From Chthonomonadales bacterium (GTDB lineage: Bacteria > Armatimonadota > Chthonomonadetes > Chthonomonadales > Chthonomonadaceae), in assembly GCA_038217285.1 (NCBI GenBank), contig JBBQPO010000082.1:1-21015 (forward strand): DNA of 21,015 bases, written 5' to 3'. The position numbers and the translations under genes were made by a program. The notes under the pieces are model-generated. The model was not told where the DNA came from, ran no database searches, and saw only the letters and a list, made by a program, of their open reading frames with translations. Positions 8,225 through 17,228 of this stretch are shown here, in pieces. Each line of letters opens with the position of its first letter. Positions within the stretch are counted from its first letter, which is position 1.

Positions 8225-8396
8225 CACGTTCTCTCCTTGTCCCCTCTCCCGGTTAAGGCTCGACGATCGGGGGACTGCACGACGACACGTCACGGGCGAG
8301 GGCCTGGGTTTGGGATAGGTGGGGCAGAAGTCGGTGAGGGGGCAAAGCACGCAGAGCGGCATCCGTACAATCCTATATCGCACTGCGTACCGGATT

Positions 8397-8744
8397 TCAG
8401 AAGGGAGATCCTTCACTATTGACATGGCCGCAGTAAAGGCAGTGATTGTGGCGCTTGCTATACGTCTTCCCACAGGCCTCACAGGCGACCGGAGCCGTGA
8501 TCGGAACTTGCCCATTCATGTGGGAGTCGCGCATGTCGATCTCCGTCATTTTCGCCGTTAACTCAGCCTCGGTCAGGCCGATCTTGTCATGCAGCAGTTC
8601 GAACATCGCCATATTGATGAGCGTCAGTTTGTTGACCTGCCACTGCAGTTCCTGCACCTTCATCTCGGCATTCGCCGCCGTCGTGTTGCTGCCTGCCGCT
8701 TGTTGAACCGCCGAAAGGTACATCGTACCCAGAAAGCTACTCAC
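8397..8744 (-). CDS. Hypothetical protein with a helical N-terminal part and a C-terminal zinc ribbon
   Basis: GGGAGG RBS before the GTG, amphipathic helix [22 protein letters not shown], and CEAC...HCLYCG. Confidence 0.82.
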   Translation of the reverse strand: MSSFLGTMYLSAVQQAAGSNTTAANAEMKVQELQWQVNKLTLINMAMFELLHDKIGLTEAELTAKMTEIDMRDSHMNGQVPITAPVACEACGKTYSKRHNHCLYCGHVNSEGSPF

Positions 8745-8768
8745 GGTTTGCCTCCCTCCCGAGGGATA

Positions 8769-8796
8769 AGTATTTCACACGCCAACCGCGTGTCAA
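8769..8796 (-). promoter_or_regulatory. Candidate sigma70 promoter with an overlapping palindromic operator, upstream of 8397..8744
   Basis: The minus strand reads TTGACA-cgcggttggcgtgtga-AATACT. The inverted repeat TTCACACGC-N5-GCGTGTCAA (8774-8796, one mismatch) covers the -35 box and spacer. Confidence 0.5.
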
Positions 8797-8851
8797 GTGT
8801 CAATAGCATACCATGAATATCAGGCCGTTCGTTTGCAGAACACGCAAATGG

Positions 8852-8975
8852 TTCCTCCCCGCACAGGCCCATTCATGGGCCTTGACATACCCAACAGGCC
8901 GCTCCTTTAGGGGCGGCGGTCTATGGGACAAGATAATTGCCTAAAGGCGAGGGGTCTCCTGGCATGAATCTATGA
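8852..8975. repeat. Cluster of short GC-rich hairpins resembling IS200/IS605-family end palindromes; no transposase
   Basis: AGGCCCAT-TC-ATGGGCCT (8865-8882), GCCGCTCC-TTTA-GGGGCGGC (8898-8917), and TTGCC-TAAA-GGCGA-GGGGTCTCC...CTATGA (8937-8975). Confidence 0.45.
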
Positions 8976-8991
8976 TTTGCTGAACACACTC

Positions 8992-9420
8992 TTAGAGGAG
9001 CGTTGCTGTCAGCGTAATCGGCGTTGCGGCCAGAGCTTTGGAGACCGGGCAGTTGAGCTTGGCTGCCTCCGCTTGCTCCTGAAAGGCTGCATTGTCGAGA
9101 CCAGGCACCTCGGCTTCGGTGGTGAGGTCGATACCCGTAATTGCAAAACCGCCGCCAGAGGGGCCGAAATGTACCAGCGCTGTGGTGTGTACACGCGTCG
9201 GTACATGCCCGCCTGCCGCAAGCATCGCGGAAAGTTGCATCGAGAAACAGCCCGCATGCGCCGCGCCGATCAGCTCTTCGGGATTGGTCCCGGCGCCATC
9301 CTCCATACGGGATCGGAAGGAGTATGGGCCTTTGAAAGCTCCACTGCCTAACTCCATTGTGCCGTGTCCGGCCTTGAGATCCCCACTCCACTCCGCGGTT
9401 GCCTTGCGAGTCGTCATCAT
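8992..9420 (-). CDS. osmC: OsmC family peroxiredoxin
   Basis: AEWSGDLKAGHG, YSFRSR, GTNPEELIGAAHAGCFSM and NCPVSKAL give both catalytic cysteines. AAGGAG RBS; the start is ATG 9420 or 9417. Confidence 0.95.
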   Translation of the reverse strand: MMTTRKATAEWSGDLKAGHGTMELGSGAFKGPYSFRSRMEDGAGTNPEELIGAAHAGCFSMQLSAMLAAGGHVPTRVHTTALVHFGPSGGGFAITGIDLTTEAEVPGLDNAAFQEQAEAAKLNCPVSKALAATPITLTATLL

Positions 9421-9482
9421 TGTCTCCTTATCATTCCCACAGATTCAGCGTTGCTCTCGAACCACGAGCAGTCTTCCTCAAC

Positions 9483-9508
9483 AACGAACCAATGCGATCC
9501 TGCGTTCC
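9483..9508 (-). promoter_or_regulatory. ECF-sigma-type promoter GGAAC-N17-CGTT upstream of osmC
   Basis: The minus strand reads GGAAC-gcaggatcgcattggtt-CGTT, ending about 62 nt before the osmC start. Confidence 0.6.
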
Positions 9509-9773
9509 CGAACCCGACATTTTGTCGTCTCCACGCTAGCTGACATCAGAACCGAGTTGCATCTGCCAGTTCGCCTAATGCGGCCAGCAACTCCTCAAAC
9601 TCCAACTCATCCAAGTTTTTCTGTGTCCAACGCAGTGTCTCCACGAGAACAGACGGAGCATTCTGGGGTACGATGTGGATAATCCTTCCTTGCCAATAAA
9701 GGAAATTACATTCGACGGGTATGATACACCATCAAATCGCTGGCTCCGTCGGCGGGCAGGAGAGTTGCGAAGG

Positions 9774-10622
9774 ATGTCATCTCTGTACGGACTAATGCTG
9801 GTTTCGTGTGTGCTGGCCGCTTTTGCATTCGGAGATGATCTGTCGTTGATTTTGCGTCACCGCAGAGTGTCTACCGCTGAAACGGAAGAATCCGATCCGA
9901 TCCAAGAACTGGTTCGATGGAGCGCGGCACGAACCGCGTTTCTTGTCTGCGACATGTGGGACCGACATTGGTGCACAAGCGCGTCGGGCCGGGTGGACGA
10001 GCTCGCACCGGCCATGAACGTGGTGCTCTGCGCTGGCCGGGACCGGGGCGTTCTCATTATCCACGCTCCGAGCGATACCATGGCGTTTTATGAGCACACG
10101 CCGCAACGCGAACGGGCCACAGCTGCGCCGGAGGTGCCTGCACCCGCAGACATTCACCTGTGGCAACCGCTCGACCCCATCCGGGAGCCGCCCCTGCCGA
10201 TCGACGACTCGGATGGCGGTTGCGACGACACGCCTCCCTGTCCTACGTACCGCGCCTGGACCCGTCAGCATCCTGCGATCCGGCTCGACGAAGAGGACGC
10301 CATCAGCGATCAAGGTGCGGAGATCTATCGTCTGCTGCAGCAGCGACAGATCGAGAATATAATCGTAATGGGCGTACATACGAACATGTGTGTGCTCGGA
10401 CGGTCGTTCGCCATCCGGCGACTCGTCGGACTGGGCAAAAACGTCGCTTTGATGCGCGATATGACCGACAGCCTCTACAATCCACAGCGCAGCCCTTACG
10501 TCAGTCACTTTCGCGGCACCGAACTGGTCGTGAATCACATCGAAACCTACTGGTGTCCGACCGTTACGAGCGACCAAATTGTAGGCGGGCAACCCTTCCG
10601 ATTCCGCGATGATGCTTCCTGA
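9774..10622 (+). CDS. Isochorismatase/nicotinamidase-family cysteine hydrolase with a probable signal peptide
   Basis: VCDMWDRHWC, IIHAPS and GVHTNMCVLGR motifs. Start placed at ATG 9774 (AGGAG upstream), giving MSSLYGLMLVSCVLAAFAFG-DD; the track's 9675 start is in the same frame. Confidence 0.85.
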   Translation: MSSLYGLMLVSCVLAAFAFGDDLSLILRHRRVSTAETEESDPIQELVRWSAARTAFLVCDMWDRHWCTSASGRVDELAPAMNVVLCAGRDRGVLIIHAPSDTMAFYEHTPQRERATAAPEVPAPADIHLWQPLDPIREPPLPIDDSDGGCDDTPPCPTYRAWTRQHPAIRLDEEDAISDQGAEIYRLLQQRQIENIIVMGVHTNMCVLGRSFAIRRLVGLGKNVALMRDMTDSLYNPQRSPYVSHFRGTELVVNHIETYWCPTVTSDQIVGGQPFRFRDDAS

Positions 10623-10633
10623 ATCGAACGTTC

Positions 10634-10668
10634 CGCCGCCGTGCGCGCCGCCAATCCGTACGGCGGCG
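10634..10668. other. Intergenic 12-bp stem hairpin
   Basis: CGCCGCCGTGCG-N11-CGTACGGCGGCG (one G:U pair) between two co-directional genes, with no U-tract. Confidence 0.5.
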
Positions 10669-10687
10669 AGCATCAAGGACGAAAATT

Positions 10688-11491
10688 ATGAATCAACCGA
10701 TGCTCACGGTCTTCACCAAGCCGTGGAAGTTTGCCCTCCCGGAACTGGCGAAGCACGTCTCCTCGCTCGGATTTGACGGCGTCGAGCTGCCGATCCGTCC
10801 CGGCTATCCCGTCACACCGGACAACGTTGAGGTCGCACTGATCGAGGCCGTCCGCATCCTGGCCGACCACGGTTTGAAGATTACCAGTGTCGCCGCCCCG
10901 ACGGACGAAAAGACCGTGGCCGCCTGCGCTCTGGCCCACGTTCCCTTGATACGCGTGTGCGTCGGTATGCGCATGGGCGAAGGCTACATGGAGGGAGAAA
11001 GACGTCTTCAGTCCGAATTCGATCAGCTCGTTCCGGTGTTGGACCGGTACGGCGTGACGCTGGGCATTCAAAACCACAGTGGAAACCACGACGTCTGTAA
11101 CGCAATGGGCTTACGGCATCTTATCGAGCGCTACGATCCGCGCCACATCGCCGCTGTTTGGGACGCCGGACACAACGGTCTGGAAGGCGAGCCTCCGGAT
11201 TCCGCCCTCGACATCGTCTGGTCGCACCTCGCCATGGTAAACCTGAAAAGCGCGTACTGGCGTCGGACGGCAGCGCCTTCTGAAGATGCAGCGGAATGGG
11301 AAGTCTACTGGACGACCGGCCGCGACGGGCGCGCGAATTGGCCGCGAGTCGCCGCCGAACTGCAGCGCCGGGCCTATCGCGGAGTCGTTTGCCTGACGGC
11401 GGAGTATACCGACGAAGAGGCCATCGACCAACTGATCGCAGAGGACCTTGCGTTCGTCCGCGCTCTGTTCGCATCCGCACCAACACCCTGA
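10688..11491 (+). CDS. Sugar phosphate isomerase/epimerase (xylose-isomerase-like TIM barrel)
   Basis: VFTKPW, GFDGVELPIRPG, IQNH, WDAGH, VNLK and LTAEY motifs. AAGGA RBS. Confidence 0.88.
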   Translation: MNQPMLTVFTKPWKFALPELAKHVSSLGFDGVELPIRPGYPVTPDNVEVALIEAVRILADHGLKITSVAAPTDEKTVAACALAHVPLIRVCVGMRMGEGYMEGERRLQSEFDQLVPVLDRYGVTLGIQNHSGNHDVCNAMGLRHLIERYDPRHIAAVWDAGHNGLEGEPPDSALDIVWSHLAMVNLKSAYWRRTAAPSEDAAEWEVYWTTGRDGRANWPRVAAELQRRAYRGVVCLTAEYTDEEAIDQLIAEDLAFVRALFASAPTP

Positions 11492-11523
11492 TTTTGATCG
11501 AGCGACTTGCAGCGGGTGGAGGC

Positions 11524-12528
11524 TCAAAAGCTCATGATGTCGTAGGCTTCCAGTGTTATGGGATAGACAGGCGGTTCGCCCCGAAGCACGTGCGCGAGGT
11601 CGGTAAGCGCCGTTCGTGTAAGATGCGGGAGGTCGTCCTCGGCAGGCCCGGCGATATGGGGGGTGAAGAGCACATTGGGCAGCGACCGGAGGAGATGGTC
11701 AAGGGGCAACGGCTCGGGATCCGTCACATCTATCGCTGCGAAGAATCGGCCGGATTGTAGGGCTGCAGTCAGGGCCTCCGTATCAACGAGTCGCCCTCTG
11801 GCTGCATTGATAAACACAGCGCCTGCCTTCAGAAGGGCGAACTCCGGCGCTCCTATCATGCGGACGTTTGTTGGGAGTTCGGGCGCGTGGAGCGAAACAA
11901 CGTCGGCCTCGTGAAGCAGAGTCGAGAGGGCGACGAGTTCGATACCGTGCCGTTCGGCCTCCGCCTGTGTCAGAAAGGGATCGGTAACGAGGACACGACA
12001 CCGGAAGGGCGTGAGCATCTCCCGGAAATGCCGGGCGATATGCCCGTATCCGATCAGGCCCACCGTTTTATGGATGAGTGTCTGGCTGAAGGGTTTGGTT
12101 CCGTCCGGTGAGAGAAACGCTCTGCGGGCAGGATCGGCGTCTACATAGTAGAGCTGGCGGCGCAGCAGCATAATGGTGTTCATCAGGCAGAATTCTGCCA
12201 CGGTTCGCGCAATCGCGGCACGGGCGCTGGTGATCACCACTCCCTTTTCGAGCGCATAACGCGGGAACATCCGCACCGAACCGGCCGTATGGCAGATCAC
12301 CTTTAACTTGACGGCGCGGTCGAGGATGGCTGCCGTCGGCGGCCGCACTCCCCACCCCGACAATACGGCATCCGCCTGTTCCCACAGGTGAGCGTACTCC
12401 TCCTCGGTCAGGTCCCTGGCGTTGCGGCAGGCGACGACGGTTCCCAGGGTCGCCAGTTCCGCTTCCAACGCAGGAGTCATCATGCGCCGAAAGGTGTTTT
12501 CGGGCATTACATCCAGAATTACGGGCAT
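11524..12528 (-). CDS. D-isomer-specific 2-hydroxyacid dehydrogenase
   Basis: GLIGYGHIA, VSLHAP, FINAARG (catalytic Arg), DVTDPEP (Glu) and TPHIAG (His). Confidence 0.93.
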   Translation of the reverse strand: MPVILDVMPENTFRRMMTPALEAELATLGTVVACRNARDLTEEEYAHLWEQADAVLSGWGVRPPTAAILDRAVKLKVICHTAGSVRMFPRYALEKGVVITSARAAIARTVAEFCLMNTIMLLRRQLYYVDADPARRAFLSPDGTKPFSQTLIHKTVGLIGYGHIARHFREMLTPFRCRVLVTDPFLTQAEAERHGIELVALSTLLHEADVVSLHAPELPTNVRMIGAPEFALLKAGAVFINAARGRLVDTEALTAALQSGRFFAAIDVTDPEPLPLDHLLRSLPNVLFTPHIAGPAEDDLPHLTRTALTDLAHVLRGEPPVYPITLEAYDIMSF

Positions 12529-12555
12529 TGTGGTGTCTCCTCTCCTGTGTGTCGG

Positions 12556-13890
12556 TCATTCACCGGCTGCCGCGACCGGAACCAGCAACGCTGGAACCTC
12601 CGTCTCTGCGGCAAGGACGCTCGCGGGACGCTTCTTTCCATCCAGGATGCAGGTGACGCTCATATCGCCCATCACATTGATGGCGGTACGGCACCGATCC
12701 AGGAACCAGTCCACGACCAGCAGCATCGGAATGTACTCGACGGGCAGGCGAACTGCGGCAAAGACCGCCAGCATGGTCACCAGTCCGGCCTCTGGGATGC
12801 CAGCCGCCCCGACAGACGCCATGACGGACATAAGAACGATCACCAACTGCTGCCCAAAGTCCATGGGTCTACCGAGCAGTTGCGACATGAAGAGCGCCGC
12901 CATCGCCTCGTAGAGAGCCGTGCCGTCGTGGTTGAAGGCGCCACCTACCATCACGCCGAGGCTGGCCGACTCTTCGCGCACACCGATCTTTTCACGCATG
13001 CACCGAAAGGTGATCGGCAGTGTCGCCGCCGAACTGGCCGTAGAAAATGCCAGCAACAGGGCCTCGGATGCGCCCCGCAGAAACGCGCCTGGACGGACCC
13101 ATGAGCCCGTTCGAACGCGCACGAGATAGTACGCCGCTTGAAGCGTAAGCGCCAGCAGCACAGCCACGATAAACCAGAGAAGGGGACGGAAGGCCGCGAC
13201 CCCTTCGGTACCTACCTTCTGCGCGACCACCCCAAATACCGCGAGCGGAACCAGTGCGATGATCCAGTGTAGAATCACCATCACCAACTGAAAGCCAAGG
13301 TCGAGGAAGCCTTCGACCTGATGCAAGGGCGCTTCCAGGTTCTTTATCGCGCGGGATCGCAATATTCGCAGGCCGATGCCACTGGCAAGGGCAATGAGGA
13401 TCACGGCGATGATATCGTTCTCGGCGAGCGGTTTCACCACACTGCCAGGGATCTTGCCCAGCAGATCCTCCACCGGATCGAAAGGCTTCTGCGTCAGAGT
13501 TCTGGTCTGCTTCACGACTGTGGTTCGATGGCCCGGCTGCATCACGTTTGCGACAAGCAGGCCGATCAAGATCGCGACGACCGTGTTCATCAGAAGCTGG
13601 GAAACGAGCTTCATGCCGGTACGTCCGGTGACCTCGGCTTTGTATAGCGCCTGAACGACGGCGACAAAGATCAGGGGCGTGGCGAGTGCGCCCAGCAGGC
13701 GCAAAACGACGCTGCTGAAGGGCTTGAACACGGCAGCGTGCGCTCCCAGCATTTCGCCGACGATCACGCCGAGAACAAGGCCAATCAGGATCTGCGCGAA
13801 CAGCGGAATTCGGCGGTACCAGGCGACGGGGCGGGGCCGCGAAGGCGGCAGCACATATTCGAGTCCGACGGGTGGCATACGATCCTCCAT
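12556..13890 (-). CDS. Dicarboxylate/amino acid:cation symporter (DAACS, GltP/DctA family)
   Basis: AFSTASSAATLP, FNHDGTALYE, SVGAAGIP and DWFLDRCRTAINVMGD motifs. Confidence 0.95.
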   Translation of the reverse strand: MEDRMPPVGLEYVLPPSRPRPVAWYRRIPLFAQILIGLVLGVIVGEMLGAHAAVFKPFSSVVLRLLGALATPLIFVAVVQALYKAEVTGRTGMKLVSQLLMNTVVAILIGLLVANVMQPGHRTTVVKQTRTLTQKPFDPVEDLLGKIPGSVVKPLAENDIIAVILIALASGIGLRILRSRAIKNLEAPLHQVEGFLDLGFQLVMVILHWIIALVPLAVFGVVAQKVGTEGVAAFRPLLWFIVAVLLALTLQAAYYLVRVRTGSWVRPGAFLRGASEALLLAFSTASSAATLPITFRCMREKIGVREESASLGVMVGGAFNHDGTALYEAMAALFMSQLLGRPMDFGQQLVIVLMSVMASVGAAGIPEAGLVTMLAVFAAVRLPVEYIPMLLVVDWFLDRCRTAINVMGDMSVTCILDGKKRPASVLAAETEVPALLVPVAAAGE

Positions 13891-13908
13891 GAGAAAGGGT
13901 TGAGGGAA

Positions 13909-15993
13909 CTACTTCCGTGCACCGCGTTTGGGCTTATCATGCAGGGCTTTGTCTTTGCCGAGAGGCGAGGCGTGCTCGGCTTGGCCAACTTTGCTCGCCG
14001 GGGCTATTTTGCGCAGCGCGTTGACTTCGTCGCGCAGTTCGGCCGCATACTCGAAGTTGAGGGCACGGGCAGCATCTTTCATCTCCTTTTCCAGGCTTCT
14101 GACGACCTCCTCGATCTGGTCGATCGACAGCGTCGCAGGGTCTTGACGCAGGCGGGCCGTGGTGTTCTGAACGGAGTACTCCGACTTCTCTTCCGCAATC
14201 TTTCCCGACTGTATCAGTTCGCGCACCGCTTTGCGTACGGTCTGCGGCGTGATACCGTGTTCCACATTATAAGAGACCTGCTTCTCGCGGCGGCGGTTGG
14301 TCTCCTGGATGGCGCGGTCCATGCTGCCCGTGATGTTGTCGGCGTAGAGAAGAACACGCCCCCCAACGTTGCGGGCGGCGCGCCCGATCGTCTGAATCAG
14401 GGCCGTATCGGAACGCAGAAAGCCTTCCTTGTCGGCATCGAGAATCGCCACGAGAGAGACTTCCGGCAGGTCAAGACCTTCGCGGAGCAGGTTGATGCCG
14501 ACCAGAACGTCATGGACGCCCAGACGAAGGTTGCGCAGAATCTCCGTGCGCTCCAGCGTCTTAATGTCGGAGTGGAGGTAGTTGACCTTGATCTTGAGGT
14601 CTTCCAGGTATTCGGTGAGATCCTCCGCCATCTTCTTGGTCAGCGTGGTGACCAGAACGCGCTCTTCTTTGGCGACCGTGTGCCGAATCTCCGCGATGAG
14701 ATCGTCTATCTGGCCTTTCGTAGGGCGCACGACGACCTCCGGGTCGATAAGGCCGGTCGGGCGAATGATCTGTTCGACGATCTGTGCGGAGTGTTCACGC
14801 TCATACGGCCCCGGCGTGGCGGAGACGAAGATGGTCTGACCCATCCGCTCCTCCAGCTCGGCCCATTTGAGGGGGCGATTGTCGGCAGCAGAGGGAAGTC
14901 GAAATCCGTACTGGATGAGGGTCTCTTTGCGAACACGGTCGCCGTTGTACATACCCCGGCACTGCGGAAGCGTCTGATGACTCTCATCGACGATCATCAG
15001 AAAGTCTTTGGGGAAGTAGTCGAGGAGCGTGTGTGGGGCCGTACCGGGTGCGCGTCCGTCCATGAAGCGCGAGTAGTTTTCGATACCCGAACAGTAGCCC
15101 AACTCTTTCATCATCTCGATGTCGAAGCGGGTCCGCTGCTCGATGCGCTGGGCTTCGATGAGCTCGTTGCGCGACGTGAAGTAGGCAACCCGTTCGAGCA
15201 TCTCGGCTTCAATGGCGACGATAGCGGCCTTGAGGCGCTCCTCACCGGCGATAAAGTGTGACGCGGGAAAGATGGTGATCTGATCGCGGGCAGAAACGAT
15301 TTCGCCGGTAAGGGGATCGACCAAAGTGATCTTTTCGACGTCGTCGCCGAAGAACTCGACGCGGATGATGATCTCCTCGTCGGCGGGCTGAATCTCCAGC
15401 ACATCGCCACGGACGCGGAAGGTTCCACGCGTCAGTTCGAGGTTATTGCGGGTGAACTGCATCTGAATCAGGCGCTGCAGGGCGTCTTCGCGGTCGTAGG
15501 CCATCCCACGCTGAAGGTGGAGGACGATGCGTTTGTACTCTTCCGGCGATCCAAGGCCATAGATGCAGGAGACCGAAGCGACCACGATCACGTCCCGGCG
15601 CTCCAGCACCGCTTGCGTGGAGGCATGGCGCAGACGGTTGATCTCATCGTTGATCTGGCTGTCTTTCTCGATGAAGGTATCCGTGGACGGTATATAGGCC
15701 TCCGGCTGGTAGTAGTCGTAGTAAGAGACAAAATACTCCACCGCATTGTTCGGAAAGAAGTCCCGAAACTCGGAGCAGAGTTGCGCCGCCAGCGTCTTGT
15801 TGTGCGCGAGGACGAGCGCAGGCCTTTGCACTTCCTGAATCACGTTCGCAATGGAATAGGTCTTGCCGGTGCCTGTAGCGCCCAGCAAGGTCTGAAACCG
15901 TTTGCCGTCCTGCAGCCCCTGCACCATCTCTTGGATCGCCTTGGGCTGGTCACCGCCCGGTCTATAATCGGAAACTAACTTGAACTCTCCCAT
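13909..15993 (-). CDS. uvrB: Excinuclease ABC subunit UvrB
   Basis: GDQPKAI, Walker A GATGTGKT, beta-hairpin [40 protein letters not shown], and C-terminal UVR domain [19 protein letters not shown]. Confidence 0.99.
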   Translation of the reverse strand: MGEFKLVSDYRPGGDQPKAIQEMVQGLQDGKRFQTLLGATGTGKTYSIANVIQEVQRPALVLAHNKTLAAQLCSEFRDFFPNNAVEYFVSYYDYYQPEAYIPSTDTFIEKDSQINDEINRLRHASTQAVLERRDVIVVASVSCIYGLGSPEEYKRIVLHLQRGMAYDREDALQRLIQMQFTRNNLELTRGTFRVRGDVLEIQPADEEIIIRVEFFGDDVEKITLVDPLTGEIVSARDQITIFPASHFIAGEERLKAAIVAIEAEMLERVAYFTSRNELIEAQRIEQRTRFDIEMMKELGYCSGIENYSRFMDGRAPGTAPHTLLDYFPKDFLMIVDESHQTLPQCRGMYNGDRVRKETLIQYGFRLPSAADNRPLKWAELEERMGQTIFVSATPGPYEREHSAQIVEQIIRPTGLIDPEVVVRPTKGQIDDLIAEIRHTVAKEERVLVTTLTKKMAEDLTEYLEDLKIKVNYLHSDIKTLERTEILRNLRLGVHDVLVGINLLREGLDLPEVSLVAILDADKEGFLRSDTALIQTIGRAARNVGGRVLLYADNITGSMDRAIQETNRRREKQVSYNVEHGITPQTVRKAVRELIQSGKIAEEKSEYSVQNTTARLRQDPATLSIDQIEEVVRSLEKEMKDAARALNFEYAAELRDEVNALRKIAPASKVGQAEHASPLGKDKALHDKPKRGARK

Positions 15994-16050
15994 CGGTTTC
16001 CTCCCGCGCTAATAGTAGACAAATTATACCTTCCATTCCCAGTTTACGCG

Positions 16051-17196
16051 CTACGGGTTCTTCAGCTTCAGCGTTTCCGGATGGCTTCGCAGGTGTTTGA
16101 CGCGGGCCTCCTCGCGAAGTGCCTGTCCGGTCTTGCCACGACTTCGCAGGACTTCGGCCAGAGCCGCGTGATAGTCCGCGACGCTGTCCGCCAGCTTGAG
16201 GGCCCGCGTGTAGTCGGTTTCCGCACTCTTCAGATCGTTCAGCATAACGTCGATATCACCAAGGCGCTCGATGTCCTCGGCGCTCTCCGGATCCAGTCGA
16301 ACGGCTTCTTGCATCTCCTTACGGGCTTGGGGCAGATGTTTCTGCCACACAAGCGTCTCGCTCAGGGCCGCGTGATAGCTCGCCTCATCGGGCTGAAGCC
16401 GCACCGCCTCGCGGTCTTCGGCCTCGGCTTCGGCGTATCGTTTGTGCTTCACATAGAGATTCGCCAGATCGAGAGGGTATGAGCCTTTGTCCGGTGCGCG
16501 GCGGATCGCTTCCTTGTACGCTGCAATCGCCTGATCGTCCTTATCTGCTTTTTTTTGCGCCAACAACGCCGCCGCGAGGTCGCTATAGGAATCCGCCTGT
16601 TCGGGCTTGCGTCTTATGGACTCCCGATAGGCCGCTTCGGAATCCACGTACTTCTCCTGGCGGTAGAGCGCACTGCCGAGGTTGTCGGGATAGACGCCAT
16701 CATCAGGATCGAGCCGCACTGCTTCGCGATACTCTCGTACGGCCTCGTCCATCTTATCGGCGCCATAGAGAGCGTCTGCCAGATCGTCATGATAGGTCGC
16801 ATTGGCCGGTTCAATGTGAACAGCAGCGCGATACGAGGCTTCGGAGGCGAGGAATTTGTCCTGTTTGTAGAGCACATACCCGAGCATAGCCTGGTAACTG
16901 GCGTCGTCCGGCTTGATACGCGCTGCCTCGCGCAACTCCCGTTCCGCTTGTTTGTAATCCTTCGTCTCATTGAAAGCATAGCCGTCGTTATAGTGGCGGC
17001 GGGCATCCGCAGAACGCAAGCCCTGTTTTCCCGTACTGATGACGGCGATCAACAACACGAACACGACGGCCCCTACCAGCGCGATTACGATCATTTTCTG
17101 CACATGAAGGTCCGCATCGTGTCCCACCGATGTGGCGACCGGACGACGTTGATTCTCTTCCAAAGGTGCGCCAGGGGGCTTGTCGGGATAGTTCAC
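16051..17196 (-). CDS. Tetratricopeptide repeat protein with an N-terminal transmembrane anchor
   Basis: Hydrophobic MIVIALVGAVVFVLLIAVIS, then about 8-9 repeats of ~34 aa (A...YREAVRLDPDD...Y..LG.AL). AGGAGGAG RBS. Confidence 0.92.
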   Translation of the reverse strand: MNYPDKPPGAPLEENQRRPVATSVGHDADLHVQKMIVIALVGAVVFVLLIAVISTGKQGLRSADARRHYNDGYAFNETKDYKQAERELREAARIKPDDASYQAMLGYVLYKQDKFLASEASYRAAVHIEPANATYHDDLADALYGADKMDEAVREYREAVRLDPDDGVYPDNLGSALYRQEKYVDSEAAYRESIRRKPEQADSYSDLAAALLAQKKADKDDQAIAAYKEAIRRAPDKGSYPLDLANLYVKHKRYAEAEAEDREAVRLQPDEASYHAALSETLVWQKHLPQARKEMQEAVRLDPESAEDIERLGDIDVMLNDLKSAETDYTRALKLADSVADYHAALAEVLRSRGKTGQALREEARVKHLRSHPETLKLKNP

Positions 17197-17228
17197 AGCG
17201 GCTTCTCCTCCTGTTGATTCCAGAGTCG

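Noticed and set aside
8225..8515. Full 155-aa version of ORF 8048..8515
   Set aside because: Its 5' part overlaps the zinc-ribbon gene in another frame, and a good RBS supports ATG 8224.
9674..9682. Perfect DnaA box (TTATCCACA on the minus strand)
   Set aside because: I noticed only one copy, with no box cluster, unwinding element or dnaA/dnaN nearby, so it is compatible with chance.
13738..15261. 507-aa plus-strand ORF
   Set aside because: It is the antisense shadow of uvrB, expected from GC-rich codon bias, and shows no motifs.
16100..17000. Roughly 102-nt periodicity
   Set aside because: It is explained by TPR repeats and is not a CRISPR array or DNA-level repeat.
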